Below, one piece after another: positions 52,506 through 64,000 of a DNA stretch of 64,000 nt. A model generated the notes under the pieces. It made no database searches and was not told where the DNA came from. It worked only from the letters and a program-made list of their open reading frames with translations. Numbering within the stretch: position 1 is the stretch's first letter; every line of letters starts with the position of its first letter. The stretch lies in assembly GCF_018977255.1 (NCBI RefSeq), contig NW_024704762.1, positions 8,370,001 to 8,434,000 on the forward strand, in the 5' to 3' direction. A program made the translations under genes and the position numbers. Source of the stretch: Callorhinchus milii (lineage: Eukaryota).

Positions 52506-53257
52506 TTAATGTTCCTTTCGGGAAGGAGCTAACCAGTTAGGTTACCAAAACAGACAGAGTAGAGTGTGCGTTCAGCCTGCGGTTGGATTGGGTAGGGGTG
52601 CACTGCAAACACAACTTAGTGTCCTGCAGATCGACTGACTGTGGACTCCAGCAAAGACGCAAGAACAATCATTGCGCTGAGCCGGCTGATCTCAGTGCTG
52701 CAAGAGTGCACTACAAATGGTCTATAGTGTTTGAAGCTCACACAGAGAGAAAGAGAGATCTCAGGTTCTGTGGGAAGGAACACAGCAAAAATAGTTGCTA
52801 AAAGGCCTTGGGGGCTAAAAACACCTCGAGTTTGGGCTCTGGATTCTCATGACTACTCCTCTCCTCATCTGAGCTGGTTAGAGAGTTCCTCAGGGCACAG
52901 ATAATCAGAATCCTCAAAACAAATAATCTTAAGTACAGTTTCACTGTGAACGTCAAACCTGTCGTCTTGCCAACTGTTGAAAGTGGTATACGAGGGCCAT
53001 CTATTTCAATCAAACTCACTCGGAATCACAGTCAACATAGGGAGGGATAGAATGAAGAGAGGCTTGATTCATCCCTGTTGCCTCCAGAGTGCGCTACAAA
53101 TGGTCCGCGCATTCCAGAGCAAGATAGATCTATCTGCTCTACTTCCTATCCAGTCTCCAGCTCCTTTCTTGGCCCTTAATTTCCTAAGAAAGAGAAAGCA
53201 TGGAAAGACTGCTAGTCCAATCAAACCCACTGCTTGCATAAGCCATGTCTAGTCTTA

Positions 53258-53440
53258 TAATAACAATAATAATCCTTGCATTTGACATTGCGCTTCACAG
53301 AATATTCTGTAAAGTGGATTGACGGTATATTTTGTAGGTGAAATGCAGCAGCCAATTGCACACAGCAACATCCCACAAACAGTTGTAGATTAAGTGACCA
53401 AATTATTTATTTATTCGTTTATTTTTTGGAGGGATTATTA
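53258..53440 (-). mobile_element. SINE 3' half
   Basis: Reverse-complement core and tail. Confidence 0.8.
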
Positions 53441-54199
53441 CGCCCAGAAAGCAATCCGCCAATCGACTAACATCCAGTTTCCTATTTATTACTAGGTAAG
53501 CAGAGTCTAACCTGCAAATGGATTCTACTCTCAACCACTCATTTCCCCAAGGAAGGGCCCACAGAAATACTTTGACAGACATCAAACTAAACCACAGGGG
53601 GGAAGAGAGATCCAGGATATCAAGAGGAGAGGAAATGGATGAAAATGTAAATCTAATGCTTCCATTTCAATCAGTCACATGAACAGAAACACACTGGAGG
53701 CTCAAGTGAGAAAGAGATCTCACCAAAGAGTGGACACAGTAATAAAATCATTTAAACCATTGTTCAATAAAACACCAGTGTATATATATATATAATATAA
53801 ACAGAACCTGAGTAACACCCAAAGACTATCAAGATCCTAACAAGTCTGGGAATTCAATAAGCAAGCGATGGCCAAACAAAGCCTAAGGGATTATCACTTG
53901 CTACTTAACGCACACCCCAGGAAACAAATACAGTAAATGTCGATAATAATAATCCTTGCATTTGATATAGCACCTTATCATGTCTTTGAGACGTTCCAAA
54001 GCTCTTCACAGAATACACTGTAAAGTGAATTGACTGTGCATTTTGTGGGACAAATGATAACTCATCACGCCAAGGCTAAAAGGGGCTCAGTCTCGAGTTA
54101 TCCCGAAGGTCTTTGCACACTGGATAATCTCACCCAGCCAGCATAGACCTTTTGGCATTTACTCACCATCACCCTGTGTGTGACTTACTCCTTACTCAC

Positions 54200-54267
54200 C
54201 AAATCCAAGAATGTCTCCTGTTGGGAAAATGGTTCACGGTCATTTTCAAATGGTCTTTGCGGTCCAT
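54200..54267 (-). CDS. PDE4C: Alternative first coding exon, PDE4D3/PDE4B4-type, with N-terminal PKA site
   Basis: gccATGG Kozak; MDRKDHLKMTVNHFPNRRHSWI(C); TG|gtgagt phase-2 donor. PDE4D3 begins MMHVNNFPFRRHSWIC. Confidence 0.9.
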
Positions 54268-54868
54268 GGCTTTGCCTCGCCTTCGTGACTCTGATCGGTC
54301 GCCCGGTCTTCACCGAGAGGGTCCCCCTCATTCAAGGGCTGCAATCCACCAAACTCACCAAAGCCATGTCTGCCCTCGGTTCAAAAGAAAAACTTGCCTA
54401 CTCTCACTTCATTCTTGTGCTGCTCTGTGGAAATGAACCCGTGTGAGCTGGCTCGCTGGCTGACAAGAGTGGATTTGGTTCCTGGTTGACCTATTTCGCT
54501 GGAACTGATAAGTTAGTGACACATGCAGTCACTGGAATTTCTACAGAGATTAAAACGTAGTTGCCATATACGCCCTTTGAGAGACCTGCAAAGCATTCCT
54601 CTCTTAACTGCACCCAAACCAATTAACAAACAATCATTTCCTGTTGGTTTGGGAGAGGGAAATGACACCTGTATTTACTTACAACACCTTGACTCAAGTC
54701 TCAACCTTCAGCCTGTTAGCTTTAACCCCACTGTGAGAGGCACTTCAGGGATGGAAGAAAGAAACAAACAAGCGAAGGGGATTTTGACACTTTTTTTTGT
54801 AAATTAAAATCCAACCCAGCATTCCTCTCACAAACGAACGAGCCTAGTTTCAAAGGTTGAGACAGAAT

Positions 54869-54876
54869 TGACGTCA
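54869..54876. promoter_or_regulatory. Perfect CRE upstream of the D3-type first exon
   Basis: TTGACGTCAA about 600 bp 5' of the ATG at 54267. Confidence 0.5.
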
Positions 54877-56944
54877 AAGGCAATTTTTTTTTCCCCTTCA
54901 GGGTATTTTCTTCAAAAAAAAGGACAAAACAAAGTACTCGATTGTCACCAATGAATCAGTTGAATTCAGTTCACCCCAAGCTCTGGTTTATCAGATCCAC
55001 TGCTACATGCAAGGTAGAAAGCAGAAACTCCTTAGCAAAAACTTTTCTTCAAACTTTTTTAAACCCTCAAAGTTCTGCAGTCTGTGTTTCCACTGATGGT
55101 CGAAACTCTCAGCATCAATCTCTTCAGCAAGTTCAGCAACAAACCAACACACTTTTTTTTCCCTCCCACAATAATGTTTTTAAAAGCAAAAAAAGAGTTC
55201 AACGTTTCCAGTAGGTCCTTCCACGGTATCAAGCCACATGGAATCCCATTGAAATGTGCTCTGTTTCCTCTCTCCCACACTTGCCTGAAAGCTTCCACTC
55301 CTCTGGACACTTCCAATAGACAAGAGGATCTGAATATTTCAGAGTCAGCTTTCTCGGGAGCCTCCTTCAGTGTGTGTGCATGAGCGAATGTTGCTCCTCA
55401 GATGAGCCTCAGACAGCCTGGGTGGGAACACTTGCTGCTGCTTCTTCGCAAACTCTGCCCGTTCAGTTACAAAAGTGTTGGAATTTAAGTGATAGAGTGA
55501 CGGAAGGATGCAAGTGGGCAGAGAATCCACAACACTGGGGACTTTACAGTAAAGGACGCAGTGGCGTTTACAGCTCAGAGCCTTATAAGGGGGAGGAGAG
55601 ACACGAGGGGTGAGTTCACTCGCTCCTGAAGCCCGCTTCTAAAGGAAACACTAGGAAGATCAACAACACAGCAGAACAAGCCGGCATTCTTTCCCTACCC
55701 TGCAGTCCCACTGTTAATAAATGCCTCTCCGGACAGACAAGTAAAACATGTACACACTGAGCGTCTGACGTATGTAAAACAGCATTGCATTAACCCCTTG
55801 CGATCCAGAACACCAAAGTGGTCTGAAAATAAGTTACTGAACAGCACACTTCAAGTAACCTTGTTTTTGTGTGTTCTGCATATGCCTCGAGTTTAGGAAT
55901 TGCATGCACCCATGCACACTAGGATTAATTGTTTTTACCAGAACTGAAAAAAAGATCGTTAATATTTCTCTCGGCTTCCTTATTGCTGAACTGGCTGGTG
56001 CTTTCAAGTTCTCTGGGATGTTGCCCTGCCTAAGGAGCGCTATATAAATGTAAATTGTTGTTGTTTTATCCGTGGAGGCCTCCAAGATGTACACTGGTAT
56101 GAAGAATTTTATATATAAATGCAAATTGTTGTTGTTGCATGCTTTCCGAGAAGTGATAGGTCTCATTTCCACGCAGTTTTACACATGGAAAATGCCATTT
56201 TATCTCAGTGATAATCTCAAATACTTTTGTTTTTTCCATGAGCAGTGGAAATTTGCAAAGCAGAACTGTACTGTTGTTTAACACGCTACCATTTAACCCA
56301 TGAGCCCTGAACACCAAGCCTGGACTGATGGATTAAAAGCTGTACCATTCCAAGCTCTGTCCAAATTACAGACAGGATGATGCTAAAGTAACTGCTATTC
56401 GTGGCTTTCAACGTGGGAATGCCCATGACCTCTTGAAGCAGTAGAGGAAAGCGAACATCCTCATCAGCTTGATCGAAATCACAGCCCAGCCAAAATCAGT
56501 GCACTGTGGGCTGGGCAAAGCTATAAGAGCAAAGAAAATTACAGTAAGCCTCACGTGATTCGTATCAGTTAATATGACTTAAGCAAAGTAAGAGTTATTT
56601 CAAACTTGCATAGAATATAAACTCTTGAATGGACTTGGGCAGATGTATGACTTAGGTGATTATACGATTTATACAGATCAGGCTTATGCAAGGTTTAAAT
56701 ATAATTATTTTCTTTAATTAACAATCTGAATGTGAAAGATGAAAGTCAAAGAATTCACGATACCCTCAGAGGTTGAAAAGCGTAAGAGAGATTAGATAAA
56801 TCAAGAAATAACCTACAATCTATAGGTTATAAGATCCAATAGATTGTAGAAAGATTGAGGGAAGTATACAGACAGTCCCACGGTCTTGAGATCCTGGCAA
56901 AGAAGGAGATAAATTACAGAAGGTTTCTCATCTTAGTTGGTTGT

Positions 56945-57190
56945 AGACTGGCCTCAGGGTCAGAAGGTTGAGGGTTCAAATCCCATGTCAAGACCTTGAG
57001 CTTGTTAGTCTAGGCTGATGGTCCAGTGCATTGCTGGGGGCAGTGCTGATTATCTGGAGGTGCTGAGCTTTGGTTACGATATTAAATTGGCTGCACATTT
57101 GCACGTTAAAAAAAACAAAAACAATCACTACACTTGGAATTACCTGTGAGGAGCACTGAGACATTGGGACGTGAGAAGCGTAATCTCAAA
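56945..57190 (+). mobile_element. Old degenerate SINE (SacSINE1/AmnSINE1-like 5' region)
   Basis: gtcagaaggttgagggttcaaatccc...cttgagc...tctaggctga...cagtgc; a related copy lies at about 38850-38975. Confidence 0.5.
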
Positions 57191-60100
57191 TGTACAGCAG
57201 CAAAAGTATAATTAAGATGAATTTCAAATCAGTTCAGGATTAGGGTGACCAAGATCCCAGATAGATGGGGTTTGAGCCCACTGACATGTGTTCGTTATCC
57301 TAGCTACAATAGTACGAGGAGTGGAATAGAGGGCATGTACGTACGTACACGGAAGAGAAAAGAACAAGTCAAGGGAAACTCCTCACCAGTTGCCAATGCT
57401 TGCCTCACCTCCTGGGAACTGACTTAATCCCAGCAATTGTAAAGTTCTGAAGGCGAGGCCCTCTATTGAGAGTTGCTTACGTTAGAGACCTTAGAGAACA
57501 TTCAAAGAATAATACACTCATTCAAAAAGCCTGCGCTTGGCACTGGAGTATAGAGCGAGTGGTGTCGGGTTGTAGCCTGGAGCAAGAAATCAATGACTAA
57601 AAAAAAAATGATTCATTGGAGTGCAAAGCTGACATTAAACATCACTACGTCAATCCATCAGGCTTCTTTTCTTATCGACGAATCCGCAAACAAATTGCCT
57701 CTCCGTCTTTCACAGTCGGCTGAGTGACACTGCCAAAGCAGTTGTGGAAGGAAGGACAAACAAAACATATAAACGAGGCCGGTTTAAGCAAAGCAGAACA
57801 ATGAACCCTAGTAATTCGGGCAGCTGAGTCGTTGCGAGTGCTGTATTAATCAAAACGAAATTTGAGACCTGAAAATAGTATTAATAATAATCCTTGCATT
57901 TGATATAGTGCCTTATCATGAGGTTGAGACGTCTCAAAGCGCTTGACAGAATATACTGTAAAGTGGACTCTGTGTATATTTTGTGTCCTTCAATCCCTGT
58001 TGCACATCATCTGGGAAGCCTGTATTGGACACCTGAGGACCCTTAACCTTGTATCAGATCAATGCTGTAGCTGCCCAGCAGTGCTGGTTGGGTCAGTATA
58101 GAGGGACCTCTGCCTCGCTCTCTTTAAGATCTTATGTTAGATATGCCTGGGACCATCCTAATCCAATTCTTAGCAGGATATCTCCACAGCATCAAAATGC
58201 TCCCAACTAGGTAGTAAGTGACTAAGCCAATCACATCGATCACATCAGTGATGGAAATGGAAGTGGAATGATGTTATTTTTATCTCCAAATCATGTTTGT
58301 GATTTTATTCTGATGAGCTGCAGTTAATGTTAGAACAACACTAGTCCTGATCAACGAGTTTTTAGTAATCTTTGTTTAACATCAGCCAAGCTGAGGACTG
58401 GTAGAACCAGTCGGCATGCAGAGACTAGCTTACAGAGATGAGTTTACGCAGAGCTCCTTATTAACAGTGCATTTGAAGCAGAATAGTTTTAACGTCCCAT
58501 AAATCGTTAACAGAAGGCTGAAAAGCTGCCTTCCCCAGTCTTCTGTGGAAGGTAACATTAAACCAGTCTCAATTATCTCGGGGAAGTTTCCTTCAACAAC
58601 TCAGCAGAAACTGATATTAATTCATTTATTTTAGTTTCCATGACGTCCGGATGCAATTATGCAAATAAGTGCATTAAACCAATGAAACTTGAGTTTGTTC
58701 CCTTTGCCTAACCCGAGGGCTACCAACTATGTTCCACAAACAGTCTGACTCTCAGCTCCCAAAGACCTGATGTTCATTTTTAGACATTAAGACGAGTTTC
58801 CATCTCAGGACAACAGCTGCGTAAATCTCTCTGTACATTCCCACTATCCTTTTTCTCGTCTCCCACTCATCCCCCAAGCACTTTGTCCAGTCTCTGCTCT
58901 GTGATTGACAGGCTGTGAAGTGTGCTGGAATGTTACAGGTTGCTCTGCTCTGATTCTTAAACGCTCTGTGACCTTCTCCCGATATGAAAAGTGCTCTATT
59001 AAAATGCAAACTGTTAACTGATAGCTTAGACAAGATTGGAAAAATACGAATTTGCAACGTGAAAGAAGACCAAGGTCCATCCAGTTCGCCTGCCACCATC
59101 CTGACATGCAGTGTCCCAAAGTATATATTGTGGCCCGAGATATTATTTCCTAACAGAAATCTATCTAATTTGTTCTTGAAAGAATCAACATGTTCTGCTT
59201 CCACCCTAGGGAGGTTGTTCCATAGGTAATAATAAAATATAACAATAAAATATAATAATATGTAATATATACCCACAGGAATATTGTTCCAAATCCCTGA
59301 GTGTCAGCACCTTGGGACGTCCTCCTAATGTGAAAGGTGTTACACAAATGTAATTTTGTATTGTATTGTAGGGAAAGATGGAAGAGGGGAGCACATTTAA
59401 AAAGACAGAAAATGTATGGGAATTTATGAATGGGAAAGGATTGAAAGCCACAGATATATTTACATCCACCTCTCAAATGAACATCCGGCCAGAGTAAACC
59501 AGTGGGTTATTTTTCCAATTCCGATTTGATCCTTTCAAGTCGTGCCAAGGATACAGAGCTGCCTGGAGTGTAACTCACATCAGTGGCAAAAGCATTGCAT
59601 CTAAAACCACTCCAACCATCTCCATCCACACTGACCAGATGAAAGGCTCCTCTCTCTTCTGGGTGCACTGACTTGAGTTTTGGGCTAGTCTCAAGCTAGT
59701 TCTCTGTGGATATACAGAACGTTCATTGTAAAAGACCTGGGTCGCTAACTCAGCACAAGTTTCAGTTCAATCCAGAGAATCTATAAAGGATATGCATTGG
59801 GGCTAATTTTCAGAAGTCAAGGTTTAGGTATATTGTTAATATCATTAATAATAATTACATTTCATATAGCGCCTTATCACGCCATTGAGGCATCTCAAAG
59901 AGCTTCAAAGAATATACCATGAAGCGAATTGACTATGTGTTTTGTGGGCGAAACAGGACAGAGTTGTTGGTACCAACTGGAGGGCAGCTTTACTCTATAT
60001 CTAACTTGAATTCTGAATTCTAATACATGACTCAAAGCGATGTGACATGGATAGACTACGTAAGGCAAGAGCTCACGAGTTGTCTGCCCATGTGTAATTA

Positions 60101-63100
60101 TTCACCGTAAAATGATTAATACAATGCCAGCCTTTGATTTTGGAATCTTTTCTGCAAACGACAGTACTTATTCCTGCAGTCGATAATGTGATTAGAAAAT
60201 AGTTTTGATATACCCGTATTTGTATTTCCATTAAATCGGCTATTTGCCTCATAGGCCTGTAGTTTGTGTCCATCTGCTGCTGAAATACTACACTGTTTTG
60301 GGTTCTCTATGAACCTAATGAACTAATGCCAGGGCTCTGATTAAAGCTGGAATGTGTGGCTATGATCCATCCTTAAAGAGTTATCAAACTAAATAAGGAG
60401 ACTGTTGGCGTCGACTGTTAACTACTGTTATTTCACATGTGTTTCCAATTGACTCTTTCCTGATCCTGTTCATTTCTGCTCCCAAAGTTCTTTCGCCTTT
60501 GAACAACAACAACAACAACAACTTGCACTTATAAAGCGTCCTCCGCTCACGGAAGCATCTCAGTGTGCTTAACAGAATCTCGATCATTGATTTCTCTTCA
60601 AGTTTTTAATGTGTTTCTTTTTTCTCCTCTCTCTCTTTCGCTCTCTCGGGGTTGCTTTCTCCTCTCCCTCTCTCCTTTCCCCTCGAGTGGGCAGGCACCG
60701 AAACCTACTCCTACTAGAAAGCACGGTCTGAGAGAGAAAATGCCATTCAGCCTGGGTGCCTCAGACATGACCCTTGATTCCATTTGCTAACAGGAATGGA
60801 ATGAAAACACAGAGAGCGCAAATGGTAAATAACACAATAACAGGAATCTCGCAGGCTGGGAAGAACATTTGAATAACTCGACGTCATTCGGGCAATAAGT
60901 TTGCAGGTTCAGTCATAATATACCTTTTTTGTCCCTGATCCAGCTTTCCCCTTTTTCTCTCTGAAAGTAATCCATTTGCCTACAAATACACAGTCACAAC
61001 ACTTTACAGTAAATCCTGTGAAGCACCTCGAGATGTTCTGATCATTCGAGTAAACGCCTTAGCCAATGCAAGGATTATTATCATCCTCACTTGACATCCC
61101 CACTTGTGTTCTTTTTGGTAGGAGATACTGAACAGAGATCAGAATTAGGAGCTGTGATGGGTGATATTTTGCCTCTGTGAACTCAGGGCTGCTGAGGCCA
61201 TTTGTAGCGCCTTTGTTGTTTGTACCTCGGAGATTAGCTGACGGTACAACCTGGACAATGAACATGAGCATTTGCGGATCTCAAAGCCTCGTTCTATTAT
61301 ACTGTAAGTGCCTTCACAACTGAGCCCTCAAAAGAAGCTTGTCCCAGAACGTTCCAATGGCCTAAACATTGAGTAAAACTTCTCTACACCCTCTACATGA
61401 AGAATAAGTGGGATTGATATTTGAGGATGGGATTTATAAATACACATTATAATCCCCCCGTTATTTCCCGCAACCTGGCTAAATCTCACTGTAAATGTAC
61501 TCTAATTTCATTTCCCTGCATCATGTTTTCTTGCCAGTGGTATATTCCCGTTTTCACGAGGTCAACTCATGTCTCGGATAATGGAAGGTGCTTGCGCAGT
61601 TGATATTCTAACACAACGAACAGAAGTTATGATATACACCAGCCTCAGCTTGATAAAGAACGTGATGCCTTGCCAAGAACTGTCATCCTTGGCTCAGGAA
61701 CTGTATAAACCGCAGATAAAAATAGGCAATTTGCAGATCTCTGCCCCCACAGTGTATTTAATCATCTGTTCAGTGATTTAGTCTAATCACAAGTAGGGAA
61801 AAACATTGGACAAAATGCAGCCTTTAGATACATGCTCTTTCAAAATATGCTGGTGTCGCTATGTGGAATTTGGATAGCAGATTGTGATCAGACTCTGCAG
61901 TATCAAACATCAGGGAACCGGGATGTTAGTTATACAGTGGATCAATGGAAATCTCTTCAAGGGGAATGAATGCGCGATGGGTATCAATGGAAAGGGGTTT
62001 GATAGACTTGGATTCAAGGCTTGTGGTTGTTACAGTATGAATCTGGAATTGACGGTTTATATTGCTAATAGTTCATTACACCAACACCACAAGAAACTGA
62101 TCATCCCCAAGACGCTATCAACAATCAGCATCTGAATAAAAATACTCAAAACCCTCCTCGTGTGAATAGACATGAACTAGAGAGAGTTTGAGAGAATGCA
62201 AACGTTCTAGGAGCGTGGAGACATGCAATTCATTGTAGTCATGCATTACAATGGACCATGAGAATTAAACTTGTGCAGTTTGCCACGACCAAATTATAGC
62301 GGGATTACACAGCATTGGGTTCCACTCCACCAAACCCAACAACACAGACACAGGCAACACAAGGTAAAGTTACCACTGAAGACAAACTGCAAAATAACCC
62401 CAAATGGCGTTGACTCATTCTCAAATTTCACCTCTTACACACGGTCTATAGACAACAGATATTTTGGGCGTACTGTATACTTGTGGTGAGATCTTTGGAA
62501 AGTCCAGGAACACAAATAAGAGCACTGTCAGTTAGACATTTCTCTCCTTGTATGTTTTGGGGGAGTTTTTGTATTGCTCAAGATGAAGGTGGAAGGGGTC
62601 AGTGCAAGGGAATGGTACATGCTTCCAATTCTTGATACACATTGCCTCATGATACACAGTGAAACATCAATGTCTCGCAGTGCTGTCAGTTGTGGCAAAT
62701 AGAGAACATTTTAGGGAATGATTATCTAACCCAGTAGAGCACAGTGACCCTAAAGCCAAGCCAGCAGAGACAAGCCTACCGAGGTGGAACTAATGCAGAA
62801 GTGCACTGTTCCTCAAATTAATTGGAGTAAGTTTTACCCGCACAGAAAAGATACAAGATGTTCCAACTTGCGTTTTTATGCCCCACGTTTATATGGGACT
62901 GTGCGGTCTTCTTCTGCAATTAACCTACAACAATATCACGTCCCAACATTACTCACTGGGTGCGAGCTAACTACGTGCGTCGTTTGTCTGACTCTTGGCT
63001 GCACACCACTAGTCTTCCTTGGCTTGAGAATTGGTACAGTTGAGTCTTCAAACCTCAATCTGAAGTCTAAACAATTGCAGTTGGATTGGGTGAAATAGGG

Positions 63101-63429
63101 GGGAAAAAGGGTTCCTTGAAAGATTTTCCAATGTATCTGGAACCAGGAAAAAAAAGCACTCAATTGAAAATCCAAAGCCTTGGCTTCTGTCAATATCTAG
63201 TGAGGTGAATTGCCAAGTTGACTCAGTCAACGTCTTGTAAGGAAGCTGTCCTAACACTATAATGTCGAGCCTGCCCCTTGGTTCCATCACCTACACTGCA
63301 GACAGCTCGGGTTAGAAATCGCACTCTTCACATTGTCTCCACTTTATCTTTTTGTGTTGACGACTAGACTCCAAGTTTCACATCCGCTGATCTCCTACTG
63401 TCCTGCTCCTCTTTCTACTCCCTCTGGTC

Positions 63430-63890
63430 TCATGCAAAGGGGTAGGGGAAATCTGGAACACCCTCCCTCTGTCCTTCCCCCAAACGGCTGTGGGTACTAG
63501 ATCCATTAAAATTTTCAAGACTGAGGTGGACAGATTTTTGTTAGGTCAGGGTATTGAGGGATACAACAACAACAAGATTCCATTTATAGAGCTCCTTTCA
63601 CGTTGGGAGGACGTCCCAAGGCGCTGGACAGTTGGATCAGGACCCAAGCAAGGGGGAAATGGTCAGGGTGAGGGGAGGGAAGGGAGGGAGCGAGGAGGGG
63701 GGAAATGGTCAGGGTGAGGGGAGGGAAGGGAGGGAGCGAGGAGGGGGTAGAGAGTCGAGAGGGGAGCTGAATGCACGGTCAAAGATATGGGGCAAAGGCA
63801 GATAATTGGAGTGAAGTACAGATCAGCCATGGTCTAATAGAATGGCGGAACAGGCTCGAGGGGACTGAATGGCCCTATCTTCTGATATTC
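63430..63890. mobile_element. CR1 3' end (+) interrupted by a - L2 tail that contains a 46-bp tandem duplication
   Basis: aaatctggaacaccctc...ttcaagactgaggtggacagatttttg, then (AAC)n L2 tail, then CR1 resumes at gatcagccatggtctaatagaatggcggaacaggctcgagggg. Confidence 0.75.
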
Positions 63891-64000
63891 TGTCCACCCC
63901 ATAAGCAGCGGGTGAGCTTTTAGCTACTTTGCTCCCTCTCTGTGGAACACACTCCCTAAATTCCTCATCTTGCTCCCTCCTCCCTCTCTGCTTTGAAACC

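Overview
Vertebrate genomic DNA, most likely a cartilaginous fish such as a chimaera/elephant shark (inferred from the dense tRNA-head/Deu-domain/L2-tail SINEs plus CR1 and L2 fragments). It is dominated by one minus-strand cAMP-specific phosphodiesterase gene best called PDE4C. Fourteen common coding exons (UCR1 to stop, 33635..10732) were read by hand, all GT-AG and in phase. Several alternative first exons lie upstream or inside the gene: a PDE4D3/PDE4B4-like RRHSWIC exon (54200-54267), an exon with a (GSGC)x5 repeat ending PIDIVQKRRR (42707-42885), a candidate exon at 34740-34876, and a PDE4D6/PDE4B5-like super-short exon MPEVNYLRTVSWGYIK (17593-17640). Perfect CRE palindromes sit at likely internal promoters. 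Near the left end is a promoter and probable non-coding first exon of the next minus-strand gene (RAB3A by human synteny, inferred only). There is a 129-N assembly gap at 1786-1914. No prokaryotic-type system was seen. The most interesting signals are the ancestral PDE4 isoform repertoire, divergent active-site residues, and SINE/LINE architecture.
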